Shown here in pieces: positions 38,658-48,998 of a stretch of DNA of 64,000 nt. Made by a program: the position numbers and the translations under genes. How positions within the stretch are numbered: position 1 is the stretch's first letter; every line of letters starts with the position of its first letter. Source of the DNA: Nitrososphaeria archaeon (GTDB lineage Archaea; Thermoproteota; Nitrososphaeria; JACIWG01). The DNA is taken from positions 2,584 through 66,583 of the forward strand of contig JAOAKB010000001.1 of NCBI GenBank assembly GCA_026413865.1, read 5' to 3'. Under the pieces are notes generated by a model that was not told the origin of the DNA, did no database searches, and saw only the letters and a program-made list of their open reading frames with translations.

Positions 38658-39194
38658 GTGAGAAAATATAAGTTAGATAGGGGATATACTCACATAATAA
38701 CTGGAGATGGGCCCGGAAAAACAACTTCAGCCTTTGGACTTGCAGTGAGAGCACTTGGTTGGGGATTAAAAGTCTGTGTTATACAGTTTTTAAAGAAGAG
38801 AGCTACTGGCGAAATCCTATTTTTTAGAAAATATCATAAGAATATTATGATCAGACAATTTGGAACTAGAACCTTTGTTAACAAGGGAATTGTTACTCCA
38901 CAAGATATAAAACTTGCAGTTAAGGGATTAGATTATGCCAGAAAAATTGTATTGTCTGGAATATTTGATTTAGTAATTTTAGATGAAATTAACATGGCAC
39001 TATATTTTGGCCTTTTAAAAGTTGAGGATGTAATTCTCCTAATAAAATCAAAACCTGAGAAAGTTGAACTGGTTCTAACTGGAAGAAATGCACCTGAAGA
39101 ATTATTCGATTATGCTGACTACTTGATTAAAATAGATTGCCTCCGTCATCCATTTAGTAGGGGACAGACTGCTCGTAAGGGTATAGAATTTTAG
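38658..39194 (+). CDS. cobA: cob(I)yrinic acid a,c-diamide / corrinoid adenosyltransferase (CobA/CobO/BtuR type)
   Basis: 178 aa with the modified P-loop GDGPGKTTSAFGLAVRALG, plus VIQFLK, LDEINMAL, LVLTGRNAP and a KGIEF end. GTG start. Confidence 0.85.
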   Translation: MRKYKLDRGYTHIITGDGPGKTTSAFGLAVRALGWGLKVCVIQFLKKRATGEILFFRKYHKNIMIRQFGTRTFVNKGIVTPQDIKLAVKGLDYARKIVLSGIFDLVILDEINMALYFGLLKVEDVILLIKSKPEKVELVLTGRNAPEELFDYADYLIKIDCLRHPFSRGQTARKGIEF

Positions 39195-39242
39195 GTATAG
39201 GCTTATCATTTAAAGTTTTTAATTTAAAATAGTGTATCTTAT

Positions 39243-40403
39243 TTGATGGCAGACAAAGTACAGGAAAAGGTACTAGTATTGTGTGTGGACAGGGATAATG
39301 ACCTTTATCAGAAAACGGGGATTACTTCACCTGTTATTGGAAGAGAAGAATGTTTAAGGGCAGCAGAAAACCTTGCAATTGCCGACCCTGAAGAAGCCGA
39401 CGCTAATGCCATATTCGCTGCAATAAAAGAATATGATAATCTTACAGCTAAAGGATTTAAGCCTGAGATTGCAATTGTAACAGGAACATTTGAAGGTGGT
39501 GTTGAAGCGGACATTAAAATAAGAAGGGAATTAAGTAAGGTTCTAGAAAATTTTAGGGCTGGTGGAATAATCTTTGTTAGTGATGGAGTTGAAGACGAGA
39601 TACTTGTACCAGTAATCCAGTCGCTTGCGCCAATTTTATCTGTCAAAAGAGTTGTTATAAAGCATAGTAAAAGTGTGGAAGAATCTTATATGATTATTGG
39701 AAAATATTTGAAGATGCTTGTATTTGATCCAAGATATTCAAGATATTTTCTTGGATTACCTGGAGTTTTTTTGCTTGTTTTTGCTACCTTAATCTATTTT
39801 AATCTTGTTACTGAAGCATTAATTGGTATACTCTTCTTCTTAGGCATACTTTTTATTATTAGAGGATTTAGCATAGATAAGGTTATTGGAGAAGTTAAGA
39901 AACTAACACCTTCAAGCTACATTAGAATATTTTCAATATTCGGTATGCTAATTATGTATGTTATCGCATTCTATAGAGGAGGAGTGGGTCTAGGAGCTAC
40001 AACAGAGTTTAAGAATGTAATTACAAACCCTTCACAGCTTCTAGAATATTTCCCATTTCTTTTAGGAATATTTTTAGAAAATGCTCTAATATACATGTGG
40101 TTTGGTGCTGGAATATACTATGTTGGCCAAATACTTAGAGCATTCATAAAAGATACTTTCTATAAAGTTTTTAGGTACACTATTGGAATCATAACACTTG
40201 CACTTTTATACTTTCCATTTTTAGAATTATCTCAAGTTTTAAAAGATCCTAACAGAAACCCATTTTCAGTGGTTTCAACAATTTTAATAGGATTATCACT
40301 ACTATTTGTTATAATTTCATTCACATACATTAGAATAAGTGAGAAAAGGAGGGAACGAACAGAATATGTTAAGAAGGATGCTGGAGATACTGGGAGTATA
40401 TAA
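39243..40403 (+). CDS. DUF373-family archaeal membrane protein
   Basis: 386 aa. A soluble N-terminal domain (VLVLCVDRDNDL...ADPEEADANAIFAA) is followed by about 6 TM helices, as in DUF373. The ATG at 39246 is the likely true start. Confidence 0.75.
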   Translation: MMADKVQEKVLVLCVDRDNDLYQKTGITSPVIGREECLRAAENLAIADPEEADANAIFAAIKEYDNLTAKGFKPEIAIVTGTFEGGVEADIKIRRELSKVLENFRAGGIIFVSDGVEDEILVPVIQSLAPILSVKRVVIKHSKSVEESYMIIGKYLKMLVFDPRYSRYFLGLPGVFLLVFATLIYFNLVTEALIGILFFLGILFIIRGFSIDKVIGEVKKLTPSSYIRIFSIFGMLIMYVIAFYRGGVGLGATTEFKNVITNPSQLLEYFPFLLGIFLENALIYMWFGAGIYYVGQILRAFIKDTFYKVFRYTIGIITLALLYFPFLELSQVLKDPNRNPFSVVSTILIGLSLLFVIISFTYIRISEKRRERTEYVKKDAGDTGSI

Positions 40404-41148
40404 GATATATGAGTATTGGTTAAGTAGACAGATTGATGGAAAACCAATTCCATCACATGTAGGGCTAATATTGGATGGAAATAGGAGATGGGCACTAAAT
40501 AAAGGTCTACCACCATATGTTGGCCACGAATTTGGAGCAAAGGTAGCAGAAAAAGTTCTGAAGTGGGCAAAAAGTTTGGGAATAAAAACCATGACCTTGT
40601 ATGTACTTTCAACCGAAAATCTTAAAAGAGATCCTATAGAAGTAGAGCATATTATATCATTAGCGGAAGAATATCTTTCAAAAATAAAGGAGAGTAGAGA
40701 ATTTCATGAAAATAAGGTTAAGATAAAGTTTATTGGAAAGATAGAGCTTCTTCCAGAAAAAATTCAAAAACTAATCAAAGAAGTTGAAGAGTCGACAAAA
40801 GAATATGATTCATTTTTCTTGAACATTGCCATGGCATATGGAGGAAGACAAGAGATTGTTGACATGGTAAAAAGCATCGCACATGATGTTAAAAATTCTA
40901 AAATCAAGATTGATGAAATAGATCAGCAACTTATAAGTAAATACCTTTATACAGCACACCTTCCAAATCCAGAACCAGACATTATAATAAGAACCTCAGG
41001 AGAAGAAAGGTTAAGCGGTTTCCTCTTATGGCAGAGCGCTTATAGTGAACTTGTATTTTTTGACGTATATTGGCCGGATTTTAGAAAAATTGACCTAATG
41101 AGAGCGATAAGAATTTATCAAAAAAGAAGTAGAAGGTTTGGATTATGA
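40366..41148 (+). CDS. uppS: cis-prenyltransferase (undecaprenyl/di-trans,poly-cis-polyprenyl diphosphate synthase)
   Basis: Blocks HVGLILDGNRRWA, MAYGGRQEIV, IIRTSGEERLSGFLLWQSAYSELVFFDVYWPDF. The track ORF opens at 40339. I prefer the ATG at 40366, which overlaps the DUF373 gene end by 38 nt. Confidence 0.9.
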   Translation: MLRRMLEILGVYKIYEYWLSRQIDGKPIPSHVGLILDGNRRWALNKGLPPYVGHEFGAKVAEKVLKWAKSLGIKTMTLYVLSTENLKRDPIEVEHIISLAEEYLSKIKESREFHENKVKIKFIGKIELLPEKIQKLIKEVEESTKEYDSFFLNIAMAYGGRQEIVDMVKSIAHDVKNSKIKIDEIDQQLISKYLYTAHLPNPEPDIIIRTSGEERLSGFLLWQSAYSELVFFDVYWPDFRKIDLMRAIRIYQKRSRRFGL

Positions 41149-42192
41149 AAATCGCTTTTTAAGAAGCCATAGTTCATCAACAGGACTTTTTTTTATCACA
41201 AAACTTTTTCTTTTTCCTAATATTGTTCTTTCGCCATTTCTAAAGTAGCCTATTTTAGAAACTTTTATACCATTTTTCTCTAATTCTTCCCTAACATATG
41301 CTTCTCCTTTAGGGTCAACGGCCATTAAAAGAACACCTGAACTAATCAATTTTAATGGGTCAACGTTTAATATCCTACAAATCTTTTTTGTTTCTTCAGC
41401 TACAGGAATCAATTTAATGTCTACATCAAAGCCTAAACCAGATGCAACACTCATTTCATATAATCCTCCTAACACACCACCCTCTGTAGGATCATGCATT
41501 GCATGAACATAACCTGTTGAAAAAGCAATTTCAGCATCACGAACCACACTAATCTCCCTAATCATGTTTTCAGCACATATTATAACATTTGGCTCAAGAT
41601 TCGAAAGATACCTTTTATACTCTCTTGCCAGAATACTTGTACCCTCCAATCCAGCAGTCTTCGTCATCATAATCACATCACCATCTAAAGCATTTTTTGA
41701 AGTAACATACTTGTCCGCAAAAGTGAATGCTGTTACAATAAGTATTGTATTCTTAAGCCCTTTAACAACTTCACTATGTCCACCAACAACCATAATATTT
41801 AATGATTTACATACATGATCTATTTCTTTAGCTATCATCTTTATCGAACGCTTATCAGAATATTCTGATAAAAGCATAACATTTACAACAAATTTTGGCC
41901 TATTTCCACTTGTTGCAACATCATTTGCATTAACATTAATAGCATACCACCCAATATTCTTTTGAACACCAGTTATAGGGTCTGCTGAAACTATCATGAA
42001 TTTGTTAGAACATTTTATTACAGCAAAATCGACACCTATACCAGCTGACTCTATAACATCAGAATATCTTACTCCAAAATAGGGAAAAATACACTTTCTT
42101 AACAGATTTTCACTAAGTTTACCATATGTTTTCATATTATAGGCTTCAAAGCATTTAGATTTAATCTTTATATCATAAATTTTCTCAACCAA
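41143..42192 (-). CDS. AIR-synthase-related (PurM/HypE-like superfamily) protein
   Basis: 349 aa with N-domain blocks GVDFAVI, SADPITG, NDVATSG and the PurM-type C-domain. It lacks the HypE C-terminal Cys motif. Confidence 0.75.
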   Translation of the reverse strand: MVEKIYDIKIKSKCFEAYNMKTYGKLSENLLRKCIFPYFGVRYSDVIESAGIGVDFAVIKCSNKFMIVSADPITGVQKNIGWYAINVNANDVATSGNRPKFVVNVMLLSEYSDKRSIKMIAKEIDHVCKSLNIMVVGGHSEVVKGLKNTILIVTAFTFADKYVTSKNALDGDVIMMTKTAGLEGTSILAREYKRYLSNLEPNVIICAENMIREISVVRDAEIAFSTGYVHAMHDPTEGGVLGGLYEMSVASGLGFDVDIKLIPVAEETKKICRILNVDPLKLISSGVLLMAVDPKGEAYVREELEKNGIKVSKIGYFRNGERTILGKRKSFVIKKSPVDELWLLKKRFS

Positions 42193-42206
42193 GTAGATGT
42201 TGGAAT

Positions 42207-43226
42207 ATGCCTTGTACTGTTATAGTGGGAGGATTTTTTGGGGATGAAGGAAAAGGCAAAATTATGTCATACCTTTCGATTAAAGACAATCCAAAGATTG
42301 CGGTAAGGGGAGGAGTAGGCCCAAATGCTGGACACACTGTAGTATTCGAGGGAAAAGAGTTTAAGCTAAGAATGCTTCCGAGCGCCATAATAAATAAGAC
42401 TACACAACTTATGATTGGCCCCGGTGTTCTCGTAGACCCAAATGTTCTACTAAAAGAAATTGAAGCATTTAATGCATACGATAGAGTTAAAATTGATAAA
42501 CAATGCGGTGTTATCGAAGAAAAACATATTGAAATGGATAGAGCAGATGCATACTTGAAAGGGAAGATAGGTACTACTGGAACAGGATGTGGTCCAGCAA
42601 ATGTTGACAGAGTAAGAAGAGTTGGAAAAGTTTGTAGAGATATAGAGACCCTTTCAAAATATGTTGATGATGTACCATATTTGGTTAACGAAGCTATTTC
42701 GAAAGGAGAGACAGTACATGTCGAAGGAACACAGGGAACATTCATTTCACTATTCCATGGAACATATCCTTTTGTAACATCCAAAGATGTTACAGCTTCA
42801 GCAATATGTTCAGATGTGGGAATAGGCCCAAAAGTTGTAGATGATGTTATTGTGGTATTCAAGGCATATGTTACAAGAGTAGGTGCAGGAGAACTGCCTG
42901 GAGAATTGCCTACGGAAGAGGCAGAGAGAAGAGGATGGCTTGAGAAGGCTACAGTTACCGGCAGGGTTAGAAGGAGTGCACCATTTAATTATGAGCTTGC
43001 TAAAAGGGCAGTAATGTTAAATTCTGCAACACAAATTGCTATAACAAAGTTCGATATACTTTATCCACAAGCAAAAAATATACGAGAATACTCACAATTA
43101 CCAAGAGAGGCTAAAGAAATGATTGACAAAATAGAGCGTGAGACAAAGGTTCCTGTTACAATAATTAGTACTGGGGCTGAAGCGGAAGCTACAATAGACC
43201 GGAGAAGAGAGCTAGGATTTCTTTAG
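42207..43226 (+). CDS. purA: adenylosuccinate synthetase (short archaeal form)
   Basis: 339 aa with GGFFGDEGKGKI (P-loop), GPNAGHTV, GTTGTGCGPA and EGTQGT. Confidence 0.93.
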   Translation: MPCTVIVGGFFGDEGKGKIMSYLSIKDNPKIAVRGGVGPNAGHTVVFEGKEFKLRMLPSAIINKTTQLMIGPGVLVDPNVLLKEIEAFNAYDRVKIDKQCGVIEEKHIEMDRADAYLKGKIGTTGTGCGPANVDRVRRVGKVCRDIETLSKYVDDVPYLVNEAISKGETVHVEGTQGTFISLFHGTYPFVTSKDVTASAICSDVGIGPKVVDDVIVVFKAYVTRVGAGELPGELPTEEAERRGWLEKATVTGRVRRSAPFNYELAKRAVMLNSATQIAITKFDILYPQAKNIREYSQLPREAKEMIDKIERETKVPVTIISTGAEAEATIDRRRELGFL

Positions 43227-44222
43227 CTAAAATCTTTTAAAATATGAACCAAATTCTTTGAAGGCGTCACATGCGGCTCTAATATTTTCTAACGGAACCT
43301 TTAGGGCTATAGTATCACATGGGTCTATCCAACCAGCTATCAGACCACCATTAAACTTTCCAAGATAGTCAACAATTTCCTTAGCCTCTAACCTTATTTT
43401 ATCCTTCGAACAATATATTGTTGTTTGATTATCAACATTAGTTAGAAAACAAATTTTTCCTCCAAAATTTTCACTCAAAAAAGGTAATGAGAATAGAGAA
43501 GTAGGTTGTGGAATATTTATTACATCCAAGCCAATATCAACAAAATCTCCAATAATAGAATGAATTTTCCCATCACAATGAAGTATAACATGCACACCAT
43601 ATTTGTGTACAGTATCAAAAAGAATTTTATATCTTGGCTTAAAAATTCGTCTAAAAACATGGGGAGCTACAAAAAGACCCTGCTGTGAACCCCAATCATC
43701 AGTAAAGAACAGCCCATCAACACCAATTTCACACCACTGTTTAACAAGATCCAATTGAACATCAAGAACATGATCAGCTAAAAGAGAAACCATTTCAGGA
43801 CACCTGTAAAGGTCTGCAAGTAGATTTTTAAAACCCCTCAAAAAGTGCATCCTTTCAAAAAGAGTAAATGGGACACTTCCAACAACATACTTATCTTTAG
43901 CAAGAAAATTAGATTGGAAAGAAGTTAAAACAACTTTGAGCTTAGGAAAACGATAGCTTTCTAAACTACTCCAATTCTCTATAGGATGGCCTGTAACAAT
44001 ACCCATAGTCTTCCATTCGCCAGAGGATGGAATAGACCAAAAGCAACCCCATTCATCAAATCCAGAGACACCATTAAATGGATCCCAACTCCTCTTATAG
44101 CCACCAACATATTTTGCTTGCAATTCAATAACATCACTTTCATTTAATTCAGTAAACCATAATGGGACACGCTCTGGACCAGAAAAATCAATTGCATCAA
44201 CGACAAGACTCCTGCTACTCAT
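43227..44222 (-). CDS. uroporphyrinogen-decarboxylase (URO-D)-family protein (MtaA/CmuA-like methyltransferase or decarboxylase fold), function unknown
   Basis: The C-terminal half (LFFTDDWGSQQGLFVAPHVFRRIFKPRYKILFDTVHKYGVHVILHCDGKI...DVINIPQP) has the URO-D family pattern. The track ORF opens at 44297; I chose the internal ATG (44222), which removes the overlap with the upstream kinase gene. Confidence 0.7.
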   Translation of the reverse strand: MSSRSLVVDAIDFSGPERVPLWFTELNESDVIELQAKYVGGYKRSWDPFNGVSGFDEWGCFWSIPSSGEWKTMGIVTGHPIENWSSLESYRFPKLKVVLTSFQSNFLAKDKYVVGSVPFTLFERMHFLRGFKNLLADLYRCPEMVSLLADHVLDVQLDLVKQWCEIGVDGLFFTDDWGSQQGLFVAPHVFRRIFKPRYKILFDTVHKYGVHVILHCDGKIHSIIGDFVDIGLDVINIPQPTSLFSLPFLSENFGGKICFLTNVDNQTTIYCSKDKIRLEAKEIVDYLGKFNGGLIAGWIDPCDTIALKVPLENIRAACDAFKEFGSYFKRF

Positions 44223-44259
44223 AGCCAAAACTTTCCTTAACTCATAATTAAAAGTTATT

Positions 44260-45258
44260 TCATAGTTGGCGTAGGCTATAGAATTTTTTAACACCATACT
44301 TTACATTATAAACAACATTTTTTGTTAGCTTTAACCCATTTTCTTTAAGACACAAAAAAATAGCACCCTCAATTGTGGTGGGATTAGGCTTTTTCACAAT
44401 AGCATATGGCAAAAAACTTTTCACATAATGTCTAAAATAACGCCATACAATTAGCCCAGATTTAAACACCCCACCAACACAGCCAATAATAACCTTAGAA
44501 TTGTCCATTCCAAGTTTTCTTGCAACAGAGACTGCAAGTAGAGAAAGTTCCTCACCAGCCCTTCTTAGAATATCCCTTGCAACACTATCACCCATGATAC
44601 AAGCTTTAACCACTACCGGTGCAAGCGAGGCAACCCTAGTTTTTTCTGTATTCTCATAAATTTTTTGTATAAAATCGTCAAAATCTTTTGCATTTAAACT
44701 TTCCATAAAAAGTTTCAATAAAACCGTTTTTTCACCAATATTATCATATGATTTTACAGCCATAGTGAGACCTTCTCTTGCAATAAAATATGCACTTCCA
44801 CCATCACTAACAAGCCATTCCCAGCCACCAGCCCTGGCAGCTTCACCTCTATTATTTACACCATAAGCTATAGAGCCTGTACCAGAAATAACTACAATTC
44901 CAGGACGACCAAATGTTACAGTATAGTATGCAGTAACATGGTCTCCAACAATAATATGCCTTTTAACAAAATTCAGCTCACTTAAGAGTTTAGATATAAT
45001 ATCAAAATCTTTCTTAGTATCAAGTGCAGCCATACCAAAGCAACCAGATTCTAAAACATACCCAGTCAATTTAGCTGAGTCAAATGCATCCTTTACAGAC
45101 TTAAGCAAGTTTGCTTTAGCCACCTCAATTTTAACGGCATGATGACTACTTGGGCCGGAAAAGCCCATACCCAAAACATTACCCTTTGAATCATATATTG
45201 CCGAAACTGTGTTTGAGGCACCACATTCAACAGCTAAAAAAATGTCAGAAGACTTCAA
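44260..45258 (-). CDS. BadF/BadG/BcrA/BcrD-type ATPase, N-acetylglucosamine-kinase-like sugar kinase
   Basis: 332 aa with the ASKHA-fold motifs LAVECGASNT, ISGTGSIAYG and GGWEWLVSDGGSAYFIAREGL. TTG start. Confidence 0.8.
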   Translation of the reverse strand: MKSSDIFLAVECGASNTVSAIYDSKGNVLGMGFSGPSSHHAVKIEVAKANLLKSVKDAFDSAKLTGYVLESGCFGMAALDTKKDFDIISKLLSELNFVKRHIIVGDHVTAYYTVTFGRPGIVVISGTGSIAYGVNNRGEAARAGGWEWLVSDGGSAYFIAREGLTMAVKSYDNIGEKTVLLKLFMESLNAKDFDDFIQKIYENTEKTRVASLAPVVVKACIMGDSVARDILRRAGEELSLLAVSVARKLGMDNSKVIIGCVGGVFKSGLIVWRYFRHYVKSFLPYAIVKKPNPTTIEGAIFLCLKENGLKLTKNVVYNVKYGVKKFYSLRQL

Positions 45259-45338
45259 CCTATTTTTTCCACCTTATACATATAGTAAAAATTTTCATGA
45301 TAAAAATTTTTATTTTCAAAATTATAATAGATTTGCCT

Positions 45339-47117
45339 ATGACAATTTACTATTCTATAGAAGAAGCAGATAACATTATAAAAGTTTCTAATGAAGAAAT
45401 CGACAAAATAGTAGTTGGCATAGACAAGTTTACTGAAAAACTCATAAAAGAAATTCAAACTTTTAAAGAAAAAAGGAAAAGAGCATGTAGAATTGCCTTT
45501 GATGGATATCTTGGAATAGACTGGGGAAGAATCCTTTCAAGAATGAATGGAATGTTAAAGAACTTTATGCTAAAAACATATAATTTTTCAGAGTATTACA
45601 ACATTAATAAATTGAATGATATCGTTAAAAAATCTCTTTCAGTTGATAAATCATTTGGATACGTTTACAGAGGAAAAATAGTTACAGTACTTGACATAAA
45701 AAATGTTAAAACCCTGAGAACAAAGTTAATAGAAGAAAGTAAAGACTCTGATGCAATAATATGCTTTGGTCCTGGTTCAGCAAATCCTATTCTAAGAAGA
45801 GACTATGATATGATATTCTATTTTGATATAACCAGAGAAACACTGTTTAATAGTTCAGAGAAAAAACCTGTATACTATATTGGAGATAAAGTTGCAGTAC
45901 ACCAGCTAATGAGAAGATTTTATTATGTTGATGGACCAATTCTTGAAAACCATAAAAAATACATATTAAAACGGATCGACTGGTATGTCGAATGTAATAG
46001 TATAGAGGATATTAAATTTATTCCAAAAGAGACGTACTTATTGATCCTTTCAATGGTGGCAGAACAACCATTTAGAATAAAACCATTATATTATCCGGTA
46101 CCATGGGGAGGAAACTGGCTTAAGAAAATAAAAAAGCTTCCAAAAGAAATGCCAAATTCTGGTCAAGGATGTATAGTTGCTTCAGAAAACAGTATTAGGA
46201 TAAATATTAATGAAAAAATTTTGATAGAGATGCCGTTTCAAAACCTGCTTTGGGCCTATCCTGAAAAAATATTAGGAAAGAAAGTTAACAAAAAATTTGG
46301 TGGAGAATTCCCATTCACGTACTGGTATGATGATCAAATAAATGGAGGAGATATGGCTATACAAGTTCATGCGAATGGAAAATATTTAAAAGAAAAATTT
46401 AATGAAAAAATAAGACAGGATGAAAGCTATTATATACTTTATACTGAAAAGGATGCTAAAACATATTTGGGACTTAGAGAAAATATTGATGTAAAAGAGT
46501 TTTATGAAAAGGCTTTAAAAGCCGAGAAGGAGCATATATCCTTCGACCACAACATTTACGTGTACAGTATTCCAACAAAGGCTGGAGACTACTTTTTAAT
46601 ACCAGCGGGTACTATTCATGCTTCTGGAAAGAATCAGGTAGTCTTAGAAATTGATGGCGGGATAAGTGCATATAGTTCAGGATACACATTTCACATATAC
46701 GATTATTTAAGACCGGATTTAGATGGAAGCCTTCGCGCAATACACCTAGAACATTCATTCAATGTACTAAAGACATATAGAAGAGAAAAATGGGTTTTAG
46801 AAAACCTAAAACAAAGACCTAAACTTGTAAGAGAAGGCATGAAATGGGCAGAATATCTGATAGGAGAAAGAGAAGACATGTATTTTAAGACATACCGACT
46901 AGAATTTGAAAAGGAAATTGAAGATAACACTAATGGACAGTTTCACATGATCACACTTGTTGAAGGGGAAAAGGTTATAGTAAAATCTGAAAATGGAAGA
47001 GACTACATTTTATATTTTCCAGACACTTTGACCATACCAGCAAGTGTAGGAAGATATAAGATAGTAAATCTTGGGGAAGGCGTTGCTAAAGTTGTTAAGG
47101 CACTAATAAGATTATAG
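45339..47117 (+). CDS. large type I phosphomannose-isomerase-like cupin protein with an uncharacterised N-terminal domain of about 270 aa
   Basis: The C-terminal part carries PMI-I-like metal/active-site blocks ([34 protein letters not shown]). The track ORF opens at 45150 but overlaps the divergent kinase gene, so I chose the ATG at 45339. Confidence 0.65.
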   Translation: MTIYYSIEEADNIIKVSNEEIDKIVVGIDKFTEKLIKEIQTFKEKRKRACRIAFDGYLGIDWGRILSRMNGMLKNFMLKTYNFSEYYNINKLNDIVKKSLSVDKSFGYVYRGKIVTVLDIKNVKTLRTKLIEESKDSDAIICFGPGSANPILRRDYDMIFYFDITRETLFNSSEKKPVYYIGDKVAVHQLMRRFYYVDGPILENHKKYILKRIDWYVECNSIEDIKFIPKETYLLILSMVAEQPFRIKPLYYPVPWGGNWLKKIKKLPKEMPNSGQGCIVASENSIRININEKILIEMPFQNLLWAYPEKILGKKVNKKFGGEFPFTYWYDDQINGGDMAIQVHANGKYLKEKFNEKIRQDESYYILYTEKDAKTYLGLRENIDVKEFYEKALKAEKEHISFDHNIYVYSIPTKAGDYFLIPAGTIHASGKNQVVLEIDGGISAYSSGYTFHIYDYLRPDLDGSLRAIHLEHSFNVLKTYRREKWVLENLKQRPKLVREGMKWAEYLIGEREDMYFKTYRLEFEKEIEDNTNGQFHMITLVEGEKVIVKSENGRDYILYFPDTLTIPASVGRYKIVNLGEGVAKVVKALIRL

Positions 47118-47852
47118 AGGCTTTATTCTTCCAAAGTACTCTTGATAGTATGCCTTATTATGTTCATCTCCTCCAGGAACATTACCTTCCATCCAAATCT
47201 TTGGCTTAACACCCTTTTCAATAAGCCTTTGAGCAACATTTAATTCGATAGAATGTAAAATGAATGAGTTGACTATCGTGGATAGTGGAGCCATCTTTTG
47301 TCCTAAACTTTTAACATAAACTGCTGCATCACCTGTTGGAATCTTGTTGTCTATAACAACATCAGCAATCTCGTATAGTTTCTTATTCAATGGATTTGTT
47401 GGTGGAACACTTTTAGAATATTCTAAAGATGTAAGAGCAATAACATGTAGTCTCCTTGATTTTGCTTCAAAAGCCATTTCAACTGGAACAGCATTTTTTC
47501 CAGAATTTGATACAATAATTAATGTTGAACCAGGCTCAGGATTATAGTAGTCTAGCAGTGCTTTTGCATATCCTGAAAGTCTCTCTATGTAGGTAGCCTT
47601 AAGTGCACCATTGTATCCAGAAACACTTAAATCAAGAAATGGGTAAACCTGTACAAGACCTCCAGACCTGGTAAACATTTCCATGGCAAGCATCATTGAA
47701 TGGCCTGTACCGAAGATGTATACAAGCTTATTTTCGGATATAGAATTTACAATATATTCAGAGGCTTTTTCTATAGCAGAAAATTCTTCATTGTAAACCC
47801 TCTCTATTATTTCTAAAATAATATCTTTATATGATTTTATGATTTCGCTCAT
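47112..47852 (-). CDS. single-SIS-domain protein (UPF0309-like)
   Basis: 246 aa with [14 protein letters not shown] and [19 protein letters not shown] blocks. The layout resembles UPF0309 sugar-phosphate isomerase-like proteins. Confidence 0.75.
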   Translation of the reverse strand: MSEIIKSYKDIILEIIERVYNEEFSAIEKASEYIVNSISENKLVYIFGTGHSMMLAMEMFTRSGGLVQVYPFLDLSVSGYNGALKATYIERLSGYAKALLDYYNPEPGSTLIIVSNSGKNAVPVEMAFEAKSRRLHVIALTSLEYSKSVPPTNPLNKKLYEIADVVIDNKIPTGDAAVYVKSLGQKMAPLSTIVNSFILHSIELNVAQRLIEKGVKPKIWMEGNVPGGDEHNKAYYQEYFGRIKPL

Positions 47853-47943
47853 ATCCTATTCTTAGAAAAAGGAAAAATTTAAACTGTACGCTATATACGC
47901 GTAGAAAATTTAATATATTCAGTTTAATGCATATAAAATCATT

Positions 47944-48996
47944 ATGGGGTTAAAAGAATATAATATGATAAAGGATATTAAAGAAACACCACTTGCACTA
48001 AAAGCGGTTACTAAAGAAATAAATGAAATAGAAAGATTAGGAGATGTTGGAAAAACGTTTAAAAAGGTCTTTTTTATTGGATGCGGTTCATCATACTATG
48101 CAGCATTATATGGAGCTTGGCCCCTTTTAAAAAATGATGGAATTTTAACATATTCACTACCATCTTCTGAACTCTTATTCCATTATATGAAAAATGTTGA
48201 CGAAAAGAGTTTAGTTGTTGGAGTGTCAAGGTCAGGAAACACAGCAGAAACAATCACAGTCCTTGAAAAATGTAAAAGAAATGGAGCACATACTATTGGA
48301 TTTACAATAGAGAAAGGGAGCAAAATATTTGATACCACAGACGAAACAATTGCATTTGAGATAGGAGAAGAAAAAAGTATTATAATGACAAAAAGTTTTA
48401 CATCATTTTCACTTGCAACAGCACTTTTTTCAACTATATTAAATGAAAAACTTTTTGGCATTAAACAAAGATTTTTGGAGGAAAGTAAGAGCATTCCCTC
48501 TTTGTCAGAAAACATCTTACGTGATGAAGATAAAATTATACCTTTATCTAATAGACTTGTTGCTGAAAATGTTGAAAGATTTGTTTTCTTAGGTTCAGGA
48601 CCATCATATCCAATTGCATTAGAAGGAGCTCTAAAGATTAAAGAGACATCTTATGTTGCAACAGAGGGACTGCATTTACTTGAGTTTAGACATGGACCGA
48701 TGGCAAGTATAGGAGAAAAACAATCATTAGTTATAGCTTGTTTTCTAGAAGAAAATCATGTTTATTTAAAGAATTTTGTGACAGAGTTCATGGATAAGCA
48801 TGCTGATATTATTTTAGTAACTGATTCTAAAGATTTTGGAGAGAATGTGATAAGAGTGCCTTCAGAGTATTCTGTTGAAAGTAAAGCTCTTTTATCGATT
48901 ATACCTATCCAAATTCTAGCATACTATTACTCAGTAGGTAAGGGAAAAAATCCTGACAGACCAAGAAACCTTTTCAGATACATACAAAGGTTTTAA
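47944..48996 (+). CDS. double-SIS sugar-phosphate isomerase/deaminase (GlmS isomerase-domain-like; GlmD/AgaS/FrlB type), no glutaminase domain
   Basis: 350 aa with a first SIS domain (GCGSSYYAALYG, VSRSGNTAETI) and a second SIS domain (FLGSGPSYPIALEGALKIKETSY, EFRHGP). Confidence 0.8.
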   Translation: MGLKEYNMIKDIKETPLALKAVTKEINEIERLGDVGKTFKKVFFIGCGSSYYAALYGAWPLLKNDGILTYSLPSSELLFHYMKNVDEKSLVVGVSRSGNTAETITVLEKCKRNGAHTIGFTIEKGSKIFDTTDETIAFEIGEEKSIIMTKSFTSFSLATALFSTILNEKLFGIKQRFLEESKSIPSLSENILRDEDKIIPLSNRLVAENVERFVFLGSGPSYPIALEGALKIKETSYVATEGLHLLEFRHGPMASIGEKQSLVIACFLEENHVYLKNFVTEFMDKHADIILVTDSKDFGENVIRVPSEYSVESKALLSIIPIQILAYYYSVGKGKNPDRPRNLFRYIQRF

Positions 48997-48998
48997 AT

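Noticed and set aside
42185-42862. 225-aa minus-strand ORF, the longest unexplained ORF in the track.
   Set aside because: It is fully antisense to purA, whose identity is unambiguous. Its S/T/P-rich low-complexity translation is typical of the reverse frame of a relatively GC-richer gene.
44223-44297. 25-codon N-terminal extension of the URO-D-like ORF.
   Set aside because: It would overlap the 3' end of the upstream kinase gene by 38 nt. The internal ATG at 44222 is followed by a plausible N-terminus (MSSRSLVVDAIDF).
45150-45338. N-terminal 63-codon extension of the PMI-like ORF as given in the track.
   Set aside because: It overlaps the 5' end of the divergent kinase gene on the other strand and translates to implausible sequence (HHIQQLKKCQKTSTYFFHLIHIVKIF). 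The ATG at 45339 gives a clean divergent arrangement.
45259-45338. Repeated AAAAATTTT elements in the kinase/PMI divergent spacer.
   Set aside because: A/T homopolymer palindromes are expected by chance in this AT-rich spacer and probably just represent TATA/BRE-like promoter sequence. They are not distinctive enough to call a regulatory site.
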